64,000 nt of DNA from Entomortierella parvispora E1425. Lineage: Eukaryota > Fungi > Mortierellomycota. Of this stretch, positions 12,320-25,300 are shown piece after piece. Below the pieces are notes generated by a model, which was given only the letters and a program-made list of their open reading frames with translations, searched no databases and was not told the DNA's origin. The position numbers and the translations under genes are program-made. Location: positions 496,001-560,000 of the forward strand of contig BQFW01000015.1 of the NCBI GenBank assembly GCA_020891255.1. Direction: 5' to 3'. Each line of letters starts with the position of its first letter. Within the stretch, counting starts at the first letter, position 1.

Positions 12320-13417
12320 TTAGGCTACGCGAGTGGCCGCTACCAGAGCATCCAGAGCACTCCCGTCAGAAGCACCATTCACACCGATGACAGGGCCGGT
12401 CCAGGCAACCCCCATTCTGTTGTTGCTGTCGCGGTCTTTGATCCACACCGAGTCAGCATTGTTCAGGATGAAGGTTCTAATATCAGGGTCGCCAATGACC
12501 TGGTTGAGATAGCCCAAGTTTCGGATGAAAACGCCCTTGAATTGTTTGGCATCAAATCCACAGGCACTGGCTTGCGTCTCGCATTTGTCTACCTCGACGA
12601 GAATGCCATTTGGATTAGATAGAGCTTTGATGGCCGCCTTTGCCAAAGTCCTAGCGGTGACAAGGACGGATCCACCAAGTAAAGAGGCCTTTGAGAGTTC
12701 CACCAAGGCGCCCAAAATGACGCCTTGGTTCACAGACCAGGTTTGAAGGCCATTGTTACCGCAGGTGCCGTTGAGACCGTCGTTGATGAGATTCTGGCTA
12801 TTGATCAAGCCGCTTGTTTGGAACCACTTCCATCCACTGACTGCGATTTGCCCGTACTGACGGTTGGATGGGATTCGATTCGCTAACGCAGCAGCAACCG
12901 CGATATACAACTCATTTGCGATTGCGTCGACGTTTTTGCGGTCTTTGCTCGAGAATATTCCGCCTTTGCAAGGTGTCCCACCGCCTGTCTGCATGTCCTT
13001 GAAGATACTCTCGGCTGTTTCGAGGTATCCCTCGTCTCCTGTTGCATCATATGAGTGGATCAGTCCCAGGGCCCACCAGCCCTCGTCGTCGTAGAAGTTG
13101 TTAAGAAAGCCAGGAAACTTTTTGGGTGCATTGTTGAATGTATTTTGAATAATGTTGGAGATTCTCAGTGCAGTCGCAGCGGTGGGCTGTAGTTGGGCAA
13201 AGTCGGCGAGGGTTGTCAGGGCGTTGGCACTTTGCCACCATGCGCCATCCCACAAACCCGTTTCTTGGCTGTACCAGTTGCTGTTGAGGGCTATGATACC
13301 TGTAGATGCTTCCTGGGCGTACTGCGCTTTCGTAGCATATGCATCTGTGGGGTTGAGCAAGAGTGTGGAGACCGTAGAGACCACTGAGAGTGCTAGGATA
13401 GTGAAACGTCTGGTCAT
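12320..13417 (-). CDS. Secreted glycoside hydrolase family 76 (alpha-1,6-mannanase-like), intronless
   Basis: Hydrophobic signal peptide from the ATG at 13417. Motifs WWQSANALT, catalytic YDDEGWWAL, ANELY, NLINDGL, WSVNQGVILGAL and QFKGVFIRNL. No Ser/Thr-rich or GPI tail. Confidence 0.9.
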   Translation of the reverse strand: MTRRFTILALSVVSTVSTLLLNPTDAYATKAQYAQEASTGIIALNSNWYSQETGLWDGAWWQSANALTTLADFAQLQPTAATALRISNIIQNTFNNAPKKFPGFLNNFYDDEGWWALGLIHSYDATGDEGYLETAESIFKDMQTGGGTPCKGGIFSSKDRKNVDAIANELYIAVAAALANRIPSNRQYGQIAVSGWKWFQTSGLINSQNLINDGLNGTCGNNGLQTWSVNQGVILGALVELSKASLLGGSVLVTARTLAKAAIKALSNPNGILVEVDKCETQASACGFDAKQFKGVFIRNLGYLNQVIGDPDIRTFILNNADSVWIKDRDSNNRMGVAWTGPVIGVNGASDGSALDALVAATRVA

Positions 13418-15788
13418 TTCTAAAGCTAGATGGGATTGATAACTATGCAAAAAAGTGAACGACTGGGGGTTTATATGAAAGATGTGTCTCTAAAAAGTAT
13501 GAGATCTCCTGTTGCTCTGGATCTTCTCCGTGTTTTTTTTTTTTTTTTTTTTTTTCAACCGCCTCCTGTCCTCTGCCCTGGTGCCCGCTGCTTTTTGACT
13601 CTCCTAGCCCATCGCAAAGGGTATTGTCGTAACGAGAAGTACAAGGAGAATATCGAGAAAAGCGTGAGGGGCCAATTGCATCTCTGCGGTACTGGGCGTG
13701 GGTCTTAAATCCTGGGTGATCGGGAGGCGCATCGAATACAGAAAAGTCAAGGCGAAAGATCGCGGGATCTATTTGCTTTGTTTATGTAATGAAACGGAAG
13801 AAAAAACATATTTACAATCAAGGGACAATAGTGGGCAAGGGACACCATCAAGGGATAAAAAAAAATGTATGGTAGCCAAGCGATCATAACGACAACGTAT
13901 GTTTATTTCTTTAGTGTTCATTCTCGTAATCGCTGCCAAGTGTCGTTGAGGCAAGTATTTCTAGAAGGTCATCGGCGAGGAAAGCGAGGACGGGGAGGCA
14001 AGGACAGCTAAAATCATGAGAACAGGAATAAAAAGACAGGGAGATAACAGTCAAACAAACAGACAACACCGAGAATACCTCTGGAAAAAAAAGGGGGGGG
14101 AGGGATGCAGTGGTAGCCAAGGGCGCCGACTTTGAAAAAAAAAAAAAAAAAAACGGGGAAAGAGAAAAAAGGGAAAAGGGATGCCAAGCAAAAAGTAAAG
14201 CCCGTCTCTACCTTCTCCGTGAATGTAAACACTCGCGAATTCGTCCATCTTTCCATTGTCAACAGCCACTACCCGATCAATTGACCTATTGCAAGCACAA
14301 TCTCAAAAGCCAACGCAAAAACAATCTCACTACCAGAGCCACCACTAGATCAACCGTCAAGACGCCGTGGCAAGATCTTCCACCTCCAATTCTCCATCAA
14401 GATCACTCACTGAGACTTCTACAAGAAATCCTGCATATCCCCGCTCCCTCTCAAAAAAAAAAATACAGGAAATGATTTTCTTTCCTTTGTCGTTTCTTCT
14501 TTAACCACTGTGCAAAGTCTTCAGTTGAGAGTGAATGTTGTTGCCAGTGGAGCAGCTGTTTGCCTAGGCAACTTCAATTTGGCAGATCTGGAACCATCAA
14601 ACTATGTGCTCAAGCAAGGTGGAACTCAAAACCTTTTACCGGACCATGCTATTCGTGCTGACGCCGACTCTGTATGTGCCAAGAAAGTTCCCGGAGCATA
14701 GTCAGCGAACGGTTGCACAGATATCATCAACAAACCACCACCACCCTGCCATTCTCCAGCCGCGGATCGACTCCCACAATTTCCTTATGCCATAAAGCCT
14801 AGTCTCAATTTATAATGAGATCTCGCTCGAGCCGTCGATGACAGGTGCGGGATCAGCCTCCTTGTTCCCGCTATTTGTGCTCAGAACTTTACTTCACACT
14901 GTTCGAAACATCTTTTCATATTTTCATGGATGGGAGTTCTTTTATTTTTTCTGAAAGAATGAGTTCCGGGATATGTACAGATAGACGCATTGTAAGAAAG
15001 GCTCTCCAACCAAGGAACAAGGCTGCCACCTTTTATCAATTTTCCCTTTGTGGATTCGCGCCATTGCCTAGGAATCTCAATCAGAATCTTCCTCCTCATC
15101 ATGATCTTCGACAACGTTGAGATCGTCCTCAGTGTCCTCTACATACTTTGGCTTGTTGCGCTTGTGAGGAGTAAAAGCTGCCAAAGGCTCGTTGTATCGG
15201 GGAGGTGGCGTCGATGGCAGTCGTCGGATCAAAGACAGGGTTTCCTGCACATGAACAGCATATCGCAAGATGTGGTCCTAAACAAAATAATCGACGGTCA
15301 GTGAGAATGCCTGTAGTCATATACTCTCTGTATCAACAGATTTACAGCTCGTTGACTTACCGCAAACCTCAACAGAATCTGGATTGAATCTGACTTCAGA
15401 AATTGCTTCAGTTGCACCATATCGGAAGGTATCCAGACCACACTACGAGTGGATTTCCCAGCGGCGATGATGCTCCCGCTCCGCTTCAAGGTATAGAAGC
15501 TCAGGCAGAATCCCCTTCCTTCCGCGATGATCGGAAAATACTTGCAGGTATCCACTCCTTTGTACTCCAGATCGTGCAAAACTGCGCTATTGACACGAAC
15601 TGACTTCAGGTGCTGCATCAGGCATATCGAATCCGACGCTGTGCACGTTTCGAACTCGAAAAGGCATATCTCATTATCCCAAGTGCCATTGGCAAAGACA
15701 TGAACGCCAGTATCCACCTTTCGGCCTCTCATATTTTTTATCGTTACACCGTACTTCGCCTCCACATGCAACCGGACAACCTTAGAAT

Positions 15789-16225
15789 AGCCTGTCTCCT
15801 TTCTTGTGTGCCCAAGAGAAACATTTTTTGATTAGCCTCGTTCACTTCTTGCGCGCTTTCGTTTTCTCGTTTTCGTTTTCTCTTTTTAAGGGGTGTCTTT
15901 GGGGTTTGTACGACTTTTGTGCAACCTTCGTGATGGATGATGTGTTGGCGAAAGGCGATTTTGAGCAAGGAAAGCGACGTCGAGTCGCTTTTCAGTGAGG
16001 AAATCGTTTTCAATGGTCGCACGAAAGTCGCACAAAGACCTTAAAAAGAGAAAACGAAAACAAGAAAACGAAAGCGCGCAAGAAGTGAACGAGGCTATTC
16101 TCTCTGGAAATCAACTTTTTTCTGCTTTCCAGCGAGAATCAAGTTACACAAAAACGGAAGAAGGGCCAAGCAACTCAAAGAATCAAAAAAGTGATTCTCT
16201 TGGCCTCGAAGAAAGGAGGCAGGCT
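15789..16225. mobile_element. Outer MITE (437 bp including the inner MITE)
   Basis: 17-bp terminal inverted repeats AGCCTGTCTCCTTTCTT / AAGAAAGGAGGCAGGCT with one mismatch. Flanked on both sides by AAT (15786-15788 and 16226-16228). Inserted in a coding exon. Confidence 0.8.
15834..16096. mobile_element. Inner nested MITE (263 bp)
   Basis: ~58-bp near-perfect inverted repeats starting AGCCTCGTTCACTTCTTGCGCG (15834-15891 vs 16039-16096). Flanked by ATT on both sides (15831-15833 and 16097-16099). Confidence 0.85.
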
Positions 16226-18226
16226 AATATCTTGGGAAGCAAGTTCGCCACTAGATCAATCAGTTAGAGTAGATAGTGTCAGTACAAGCAACGTCAATGC
16301 GGTTTCTAGGCTGCATAGTAGGCATGGCGCACTAAAGCTTACGGTATGCCGCCCACCATTTGACATCCTAGCAGCACCCCCAAAATGAAAGACCAGACTG
16401 AAACAACGACATGCTCCGTTGTCGGTGGGGCGAGCTGGTTCGTTGAAATGAGAGTACATATGTGGTCGATGACCTGCAGCACTTGAATTTTTCTTCTCAC
16501 GATCCTGGTCTTGGGTGAGGTGGCCCTGTTTTCCATAGGCAGGCCCCAAATCCTCATTCGCAAAGACTTCATATCCAATGGAGCGAGGGGGTCCTCCTCG
16601 TGGTCAGGGGAATACGTCTCTGCTAATTCATTCATCAGTCCAGCGATATCCTCGTCTTCTTCATGCAGCGCTGTCACTAGCGCGTCAACCTTTATAGCTG
16701 GAGTAGATGTGAAGGACCGTGTGGACGGCGAAATTGTATTTACAACGCCGCTTAAGGCCACCCTTCAACCCAGCGAAGCAAGCAGGGTATGGTTAGGAGA
16801 GACTCTCATGTATGTGATCTTAGAATTCGCAGATTTTTCAACTTACAAGACACCCTTATCCACATGGTATGGTTGCGTATGGGCCTTCTTCACCTGAACT
16901 ATGCCCTTCTTCCCCTTGCCTTTGCTCATCTTCATCTTGACTTTGTCCTTCTCATCCATGGCAAGCAATTTATCGTATGAGTACTGGTAAAGTTCCTGAT
17001 ATTCTTGGCATGTGAAAGCAGAGGGGACTGGGGGTAACTCTGCATCTTCACCTTTCATCCTTCGGTACATGTACTTCAGCAGGGGCTGAAAAGGGGAATC
17101 CGCGGAAGCAATCGCTTCCTCCAGCTCTTGTAATTCCTCTAAAACTGTCGCTGTCCAGTTAAAAAACTGCGACATATGACTTGTATCTGGCATACTCTCC
17201 TTTGATGTGCATACCTTCATCAGCAATGGGCTCATCGTGCACGGCATGGCTCTCGAAGTCCGAGTCATCATTGATGTTCAATCCACACGGGGCCGTACCA
17301 TCACCCTCGACATTATCCACGCCCTGTGAACTCTCGGTAGCTTTAGGACACTGAACATTCTCATGATCGACTTTTGAGTTATGCAGACCCTTCTTAACCC
17401 CGGATGGACCGCCCTGCTCCGCAAATGAGTCAACATCCTCCGTGAATGGATCGTTCTCTGTGGATGAATGACTAAGTGGGTTCTAATAACAACAGGAGAT
17501 ACACGGAGAATACTTAGAAAATCAACGACATCTTCTCCACCTTTCGGCACTACACAACTTGCCTTGTTCTGGAAAGTAAACCATGTCCGCGATGACCTCG
17601 ACGTATCGGCGGATAAAATCTAATCCAAAGACAGAAACAAACGAGATGAGAAAATAGTTGTAGCTGACTGGTAAAGTTTTGAGCAAGAAAAACTAGCTAT
17701 ACCTTGCACCCGACTGGCGACAGCTTGGGTGAGAGAGTGGGAAATGTCTTGAGTTTGTTTTATCGTATCTTGTAGGATGTGGCCGATGTGATCATCCTAG
17801 AAGCAAAAAAGATCCAAGTTAATGCTGAAACAGCTTCTTATACAAATCTTCGTAACATCGGAGGCACTTACGAGCTGCGCGGCCTTTTCTTCTTGCAGTT
17901 TCTTTTCACTCCAATATTTTCTTTGTGTGCGTTTTGACGTCTCCCAATGGTTGACAAGACGCCTGTGCTGGGTTGGGTTTTCTTTCAGGACACGAGGTAG
18001 AACGAGCGATTTCCACTGAAAGGATGCTTCTAACATTTCGTCCGAGGAGAACTTGCAGAAGTCGAAGAATCCAAATAGATCATATTGCTCGAACATATGT
18101 TGCTCCATATACAGCTCTCTCGGAAGACGAGTCATTATTGCGCTATATGCAATTTTTGGAATGCAGACAAATAAAGTCAATAGCACAACAAACCATCAGT
18201 ATAATACGACGTCTCGCCAGACCGTG

Positions 18227-18685
18227 CTGAAACCAGGAATAACGCTCCCTAACCAGCAGCTCTACCAGCTGTATATCATTAGCCAAAGGTCGGGGAAGGC
18301 TCTGAATATACAAAGGTAGTGGCACAACGTAGCCAAGACTGGAAAAGTAACTCAATCAGGGCGTCCTCAACCCCCCCGACCAACCCGGTGGAAGCGCATT
18401 GATCACAATGCTTGACCAAATGCCTGTGTCAACGGCCGCGTCAGCAACACGAATCTGTTCGGGAAACACTGAAGCCAGGAATAACGCCCCCAAACCAGCA
18501 GCTCTACCAGCTGTACATCCTTAGCCAAAGGTCAGGGAAGGCTCTGAATATACAAAGGTAGTGGCACAATGTAACCAAGACTGGAAAGGTGACTTAATCA
18601 GGGGATCCTCAAACCCCCCGACCAAACCGGCGGAAGCGCATTAATCACAATGCTTGACCAAATGCCTGTGTCAATGGCCGCGTCA
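18227..18685. repeat. Tandem duplication, 242-bp period, ~1.9 copies
   Basis: Unit starting CTGAAACCAGGAATAACGC at 18227 recurs at 18469 with scattered substitutions. Confidence 0.95.
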
Positions 18686-19338
18686 CAATGTTCCTCTACG
18701 AGCCGCTGTGGAGTCTTGTCAAATGGTGCGTAGGCGCCTTACCTATTCCTATTCCATGGCTTGATGAAGAGGAACGCGCGTTGATGGACGGACTTGTGCG
18801 ACAAAGTCGTGAGCAGGACAATCCACGCCCTAATTACGTCACCGGAATGGTGCGATCGCTCTTGCACCACTCTGAACAGACCCAGCCTCGCACACTGAGC
18901 GCACTCTTCACTCCTTCTCCTCCGCATCCTTCACTCTCTTTCTCTCATTCTCTCTCATTCTCTCCTCATATATTGTGTGCAGGTGTGTGCCCGTGTGTTT
19001 GCTGCATGACGGCATGACGGCATGAATCACAGACGGATGGGTCCCATGCAGGACACTGGACGTCTGATTGGACTGACCCTGAGGCGCAGCCTTGTCGAAT
19101 GCCAATCGGATTCCCTGGCCATGGACACGGACTGATCAACTGGACTGGATGATCTGAAAGGACCACAAGACCCTGAACTGACCCTCTTCTTTTTCTGACC
19201 ACCGCTCCATGCTCACCCCCCATCCGTAGCTGCAAGAAATAGCTGTCTACAGACCTCCTATACTCCACTCAAACCTCCCTCAGCCTTCCACCGCTCGACC
19301 CTCTTCCGTTCATTTCTGCAAAGTGCGCGTCATGCAAC

Positions 19339-22300
19339 ATGAGCACTGAAGACAAGAGCAGCAGTAACCCCGGTCAACCCACGCCACCCTCGTCTAGGCC
19401 AAGAGTCCCTCCTCCCAAGAAGTCTAGTTTCCGTACCATCGTCAAAGCCCAGGTCGACGTCCTCCTCTCTACCCTCTCTGACAATAACTACTCTCGGAGC
19501 GTCACTGATATCGTTTCGGTATGTTGATCGACCTCAGGTGTCCAGCATTACTATCTACACACAAAGGATAGCACTAGAGAACAACTGATCCAACTCGCTA
19601 ACATTACCGCCTCTCCATTCTTCGGCGTAGTTCATTGACACGAATGGCAAAGCCGTTTATTTACACCTGATTAGACGCATTGTTCAGGCGTGGCAAGCAG
19701 GACAGGCGCAGGCTGGCACTTACACAGGATCACCGATCCACAAACTGTTGATCGACCACATCAAAGTCCTCACAAAGGGCCAATCATCAGCCTTTCTTTT
19801 CTCAGAAGCTGTCAGTTCAACGGAAAAGGGCGAAGCTCTGAAGAACTTTGATTTTGAGGCCTTTCTTCGCAATCTACCAATCCAACCTTTGGCAAAGATT
19901 CGACTTGCCATTGCACTTTTGCAGTCAAACCGGCCCGATCTCGTCTCTCAAGGTAAACGCGCCACTTTCCTTTAACGAACTACCTGTTCTTGAATATGCA
20001 CTAACCTGAACGTATCTGGTTCGTCATGTAGCGGAACGCGCCATCACCTCATACTCACCAGCTCTGAAGGAGCAACTATCCACTCGTGAACAGCTGCTCG
20101 AATTTGTTCGATCTCTGGACCCATCGATTTATAAATATTGGGACGAACCTAGCGACTCTGTTACAGAACTGATGAACACCTTGTACAACAACAATATTCC
20201 TAACAACATCATTTCAGTTATCAAGGAGATTCGGTATATTACTGCTCGATATTATGTGGGATTACGAACGAAAATAGTACATCAACTAACCAAAATTACT
20301 TTTCTCCACCCATAAATAGCGATATGAATGACGACCCCGAGCACTCAGCCCTCGCAAAAGCTATGCGGAATGCAGGACCAGGATGTTGCGCCACCACAGC
20401 ATCTGCAAATGACATTTTGCGTCAGGCTGGATTCGACAATTCTAAGCGGCCGAACGTAGAAGAGATTGCCAAGGCCTTGGGTCTGATGGTGCTCCGGTAC
20501 ACTAGATCAAATGGAAAATATGCACAGGATTTTGCACCACTGGCCAACGTATTGAATCAGAAAGAGGTGGACTGGGTCAGGGTTATCCGTGCTTTGGACT
20601 ACCCAGACTTCAAAATCAGGGATAAATCCGGATTGGAATACATAGTCAAGGCATTTAGGAGTGCAGACAAGGTATACACTTTCCCATACTCTTTTCTTGT
20701 TCTGGAATTCAAGGGTTATTCTCTGACCATATTTTTCATGTTTAATAGAGCGAGAGCCTTTTCCCCCTTGATGCATTCTGGGGACGATGGAACAACGTTG
20801 AGGGCCAGATTTCTCTCATCAAGGGAATCATTGAGGCACCAAGCAAACTTTTGGAAAACGAATGGGCGTCATCTCCTCGAATCTTCACTAGGGCGCAACT
20901 GTCACGAGCAAGCCCAGAGGTGCAAGGACATGCCTCCAAGGAACTCGAATCCAGTGTTTGGAACAGCTTGCCGCTTGTTGAGACCATTATCGCATTGGCA
21001 GACAATGATGTTCGTGACGAAGTCAAGCCTCTCTTGGACTCTGGATTGAATTCAAACACCGGACTTTTATTCCTCGGTTTGGCGCAGCTGAAGACGCCGT
21101 GGGGCCCTCTTCATCAGGATTTGGTGTCTAAACTTCTTCATGTGTACCTGACTGGCACCGGCACGGTTTCTCAATTTGTTCAGACTCGCCTGTGGCAAGT
21201 CAACCAAGGACTCTTTGTGTCAGGCCTTCTTGATCTTTATGACCACGACAGAACTACTTTGCCTAAAATCTTGAGAATCACCGAGGATCTTTCTGTAAGA
21301 TATCGCTTGATGGTAAAGGAAATATATCTTTGGCTAATGCTCACCACTAAACTTTTTGTGATCCTCCCTTAGATTCTTGGACTTGTGGTTGAAGTCAACT
21401 CTTTTGCATTCTCAATCGACCTGGCGGTGCTGGCCGCAAGCAGGAATCTTTTTGCCCTTGATAAATGGCTCCAAAGCCGGATTGCGGCAGCTGGTGAAGC
21501 CTTTATCGCTGCCTGCCTAGACTTTCTCAGCGAGCGCATAACGAATGATCCACGTCAGAATGGGTTACCAAACAAGGAACTTCCTGCCGAAACGATTGCC
21601 GTGTTCTTACAGGTCCTCCAGGGAAGGTATGGCCCGCCGTGTTTAATTTTTAACCAGTCGTTGAATTAGTCATAGCCGAGACTAACGCTTTATTCTTCCA
21701 CTAGTCCATTGTCTCCAGAGGGCTCAGCAACTTTGAAAAGTGTGCATAGTGCAGCTCTTCAGCTCTACCCACAGCTCGCGGGTATTGCTACGACGTCCGA
21801 AAATGGGGTGCCAGGAGGAGAAACATCATTTTCGGCAGAAGTGGAGGAAACTACCAATGACTACTATAAGCGTATCTATCGTGGCGACATCTCCATTCCT
21901 GAGATTGTGGAGCTGCTTCAACGGCTCAAGGTTTCTTCGGACCGTCGAGAACAGGATATCTACGCTTGCATGATCCACAACCTTTTCGACGAGTATCGCT
22001 TCTTCTCGACCTACCGTGAAAAGGAACTGTCGATCACTAGCGACCTCTTTGGAGCGCTGATTCAGCATCAATTGGTTTCCTACATTCCTCTCGGCATCGC
22101 TCTTCGATATGTCCTCGATGCTCTTCGTAGTCCACCTGGATCAAAAATGTTCAATTTTGGAGCTCAAGCGCTGAGCCGATTCCAGTCTCGCCTTCAGGAG
22201 TGGCCAACCTACTGTTCCCATTTGCTGCAGATTCCTCATTTGCAGCAAATACATCCAGAGATTGTTAGGTACATCCAAGCCATCCTTCCCGCGGCCTCTG

Positions 22301-25300
22301 CTGCTGCTCAGGATGGCTCCGGAAATCAAATGCAGGACCCAACAGCCCCGACTACTGCAGTGCAGCCCCCTACGCAAGAGATCCAGCGTCAGCCTCCCCA
22401 AGTACCAACACCTTCCGCGGCGACCCCTCAGCCGTCTGCTGCGCCCGTCTTTACATCACTTAACATGGACACATTGCTTTTGGCTCAGGATGATATCGAC
22501 TACGAGGTACCAAACGAGCAGACCCAAGACAAGATTTTGTTCATTGTGAACAATGTGTCTCAGCAGAACTTTGACACTAAACTGGCAGAGATGAAGGAAA
22601 TCCTTCGCGAGAGTGCCTATCGGTGGTTCAGTCATTATCTCGTTGTGAAGCGTGCGAGTATTGAGCCGAACTACCATGTTTTGTATCTTCAATTCTTGGA
22701 GGGTCTGCAAAGCCCTATGCTCAACCGCCATATCTTGCATGAGACTTACGCCAACATCAAGATTCTACTCAACTCGGAAAAGACTGTCCAGTCGTCCTCC
22801 GACAGGACTCTTCTCAAGAACCTTGGTTCTTGGCTTGGAGGCATGACCTTGGCTCGGAATCGCCCTATCAAACACAAGAATCTGGCATTCAAGGTAAGGT
22901 TTTTTGCTCGCAGTCGTTGACACCTTCGCTTAGGTCCGTTCGATGACTGACTTACATTTTCTTTCATGTTCATGTGTTCACTTTAGGAATTGTTGATTGA
23001 GGGCTACGATAGCAACAGACTCATTGTCGCCATCCCTTTCGTTTGCAAGGTGTTGGAGCAGTGCAGCAAGAGCAAAGTGTTCAAACCTCCAAATCCCTGG
23101 TTGATGGCCATCATGCGTCTCCTCGTTGAGCTTTATCAATATGCGGATTTGAGTCTCCAGCTCAAGTTTGCTATTGATATTTTGTGCAAGAGTCTCGTTC
23201 TCAACCTCAGTGATATCGAGCCCACGACTATCCTTAAGGACCGCCCTCCACAGGAACTTGTCGCGCACCCCGCCACTCTTGCTCAGGACTTTGAACGTAT
23301 TTCTATGGGCGGATATGCTCCATCTGCCAGAATGCCAGTTCAAGCTGCTACGTCTGCGACTGCCGCATCTCAACTGGAGAATGCCTCCGAAATGGTTCCC
23401 AATTTGGCTGCATTCGTGACATTCAACCCACCTGCGTTCTTTAACGAGCGGCCAGCGCTCAAGCGCCTTGTGCATGTGGCTATTGATCGTGCTGTGCGCG
23501 AGATTGTCTCTCCCGTTGTTGATCGCTCTGTCACTATTGCCGGTATCTCGACTCGGGAGATGATTATGAAGGACTTTGCCATGGAGCCCAACGAGGAAAA
23601 GATGCGAAAGGCCGCTCACTTGATGGTTCAGAACCTGGCAGGAAGCTTGGCGCTGGTCACCTGCAAGGAGCCTCTCCGTGTTAGCATGGCCAACATCATT
23701 CGCACTCTCTTCCTCCAGAACGGTTTTACGGATCAAAATATGCCAGAGCAGTCCATCTTGATGACAGTGAACGACAACCTGGACCTCGCGTGCTCTGTTG
23801 TTGAGAAAGCAGCCATGGAGAAAGCAATTCCGGAGATTGAGGAGAGTCTTGCAGCTGCATTTAGCGACAGGAAGAAGCACAGGGAACGCACGGGTCAACC
23901 ATTCTACGACTTTGCCACCTTTCAGTCCTCCCGTTACCCTGCCAGCTTGCCTGAGCCGCTTCGTCTCAAACCTACAGGTCTTTCTCCCCAGCAATTGCGC
24001 GTGTATGAAGACTTTGCACGTATGCCTCGACAAACGCCTATGCCCTCCACCTTTGAAACAGAGCGTGGACTACGCACACCGCTCAGTGTCAAGGCGGACG
24101 TCGGTCAGGGCTATCCTTTCAACAGCGCGGAGCATGGCTATGCTGGCGCTCCAGTTACCCTGTCTGCGCACCAGGCTTTGGAAAAGTTTGCGCAGATTAT
24201 CAGCGAGTTGGATAAGCTTATCAGTCTCTCGCCCTCCGTTCCACTGGCGGCTCTTCCACCAAGCCACGATGTCAAGATGCTGGCTCGTCTTGTGCCCCTT
24301 ATCCCAGCTCAGTCGTTCAACCCCGACGAAATGGCGTTGACCTTTTCGCAAAAGATTGTCCAGCTCTTGTACAAGACTGAGCAGACACTGTCTCGAGATA
24401 TTTACGCGGTCTTGCTGGAGCAACTCTGTGCTTTGTCGAGTAAGGTCGCCAAGGAGGTGACCGAATGGCTCATTTATGCAGATGATGACCGCAAGTTCAA
24501 TGTCCCTGTGACTGTCACACTTATCAGAGCAGGACTCGTGAGCTTGGTGGACCAGGACATGCAGTTGGCTCGTCTTATTGAGATCGGACGACCTGGTGTG
24601 ATCGAATACACAGTGAAGCTCATTCGCGAGTGCGTGCTGAATGAGCAGCCCTGTGCTAGCAGGAACGAGTTTATCAACTCACTTAATGTTCTCAACAGAC
24701 TTGCCCAACGTGGTGGCAAGGCCATGGAACCAATCGCTCTGTTGATTGATGATATTCGGCGTCGAGCGCAGGTGCCTCGAGAGGCAGCCAAGGAGGTTGC
24801 AGAGAATGCGATTTTGAAGGAGCAATTGGCATTTATCTTTGCAGAATGGATCCGTGTCTACCAATTGCCAACGTCGACCGAGAAGGACTATGGAGCGTTC
24901 ATCAACACCATTCAACAGCAAGGAGTTTTGAAGGGCGAGGAAATCTCTTCTCTGTTCTTCAGGGTGTGCACTGAGATGAGCATTGAAAGCTACATCAAGT
25001 ACAAGGTTGCCAACACTCCAGCAGCCTACCAGGGCGTGGATGCATTCGTGAAGTTGATTGTCACTCTTGTGAAGCATTCCTCAGATCCTCAAGGAGTTAA
25101 CCACAGCCTGGCAAAGGTGACCTACCTGACCACCTTGCTCTCGATCATTGTATTGGTGTTGGCTCAGGCTCACGAGCAGCGTCGAGGACAATTCAACCAA
25201 AAGCCGTTCCTTCGCCTTTTCTCTGGATTGTTGACCGAAATGATGACCGCGTACGAGTCGAGCCCAGGAATGTACTTCCAGATTCTGACTGCCTTCAGGT

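Larger units (their letters stand above)
15077..18135 (-). pseudogene. PD-(D/E)xK nuclease-like gene, copy A, disrupted
   Basis: Multi-exon paralogue of the 35379-37989 gene (shared LSGxxNTxxPSxRSFT, LAPPTxEHVxVSVW, GRKVD, FEFxT, PxIAEGRG, FYTLxR). Interrupted by nested MITEs at 15789-16225. The ExK motif reads EFE, and there are in-frame stops. Confidence 0.75.

Noticed and set aside
18688-19017. 109-aa ORF directly after the 242-bp repeat
   Set aside because: It runs into CT-rich promoter-like sequence upstream of NOT1 and has no motif support.
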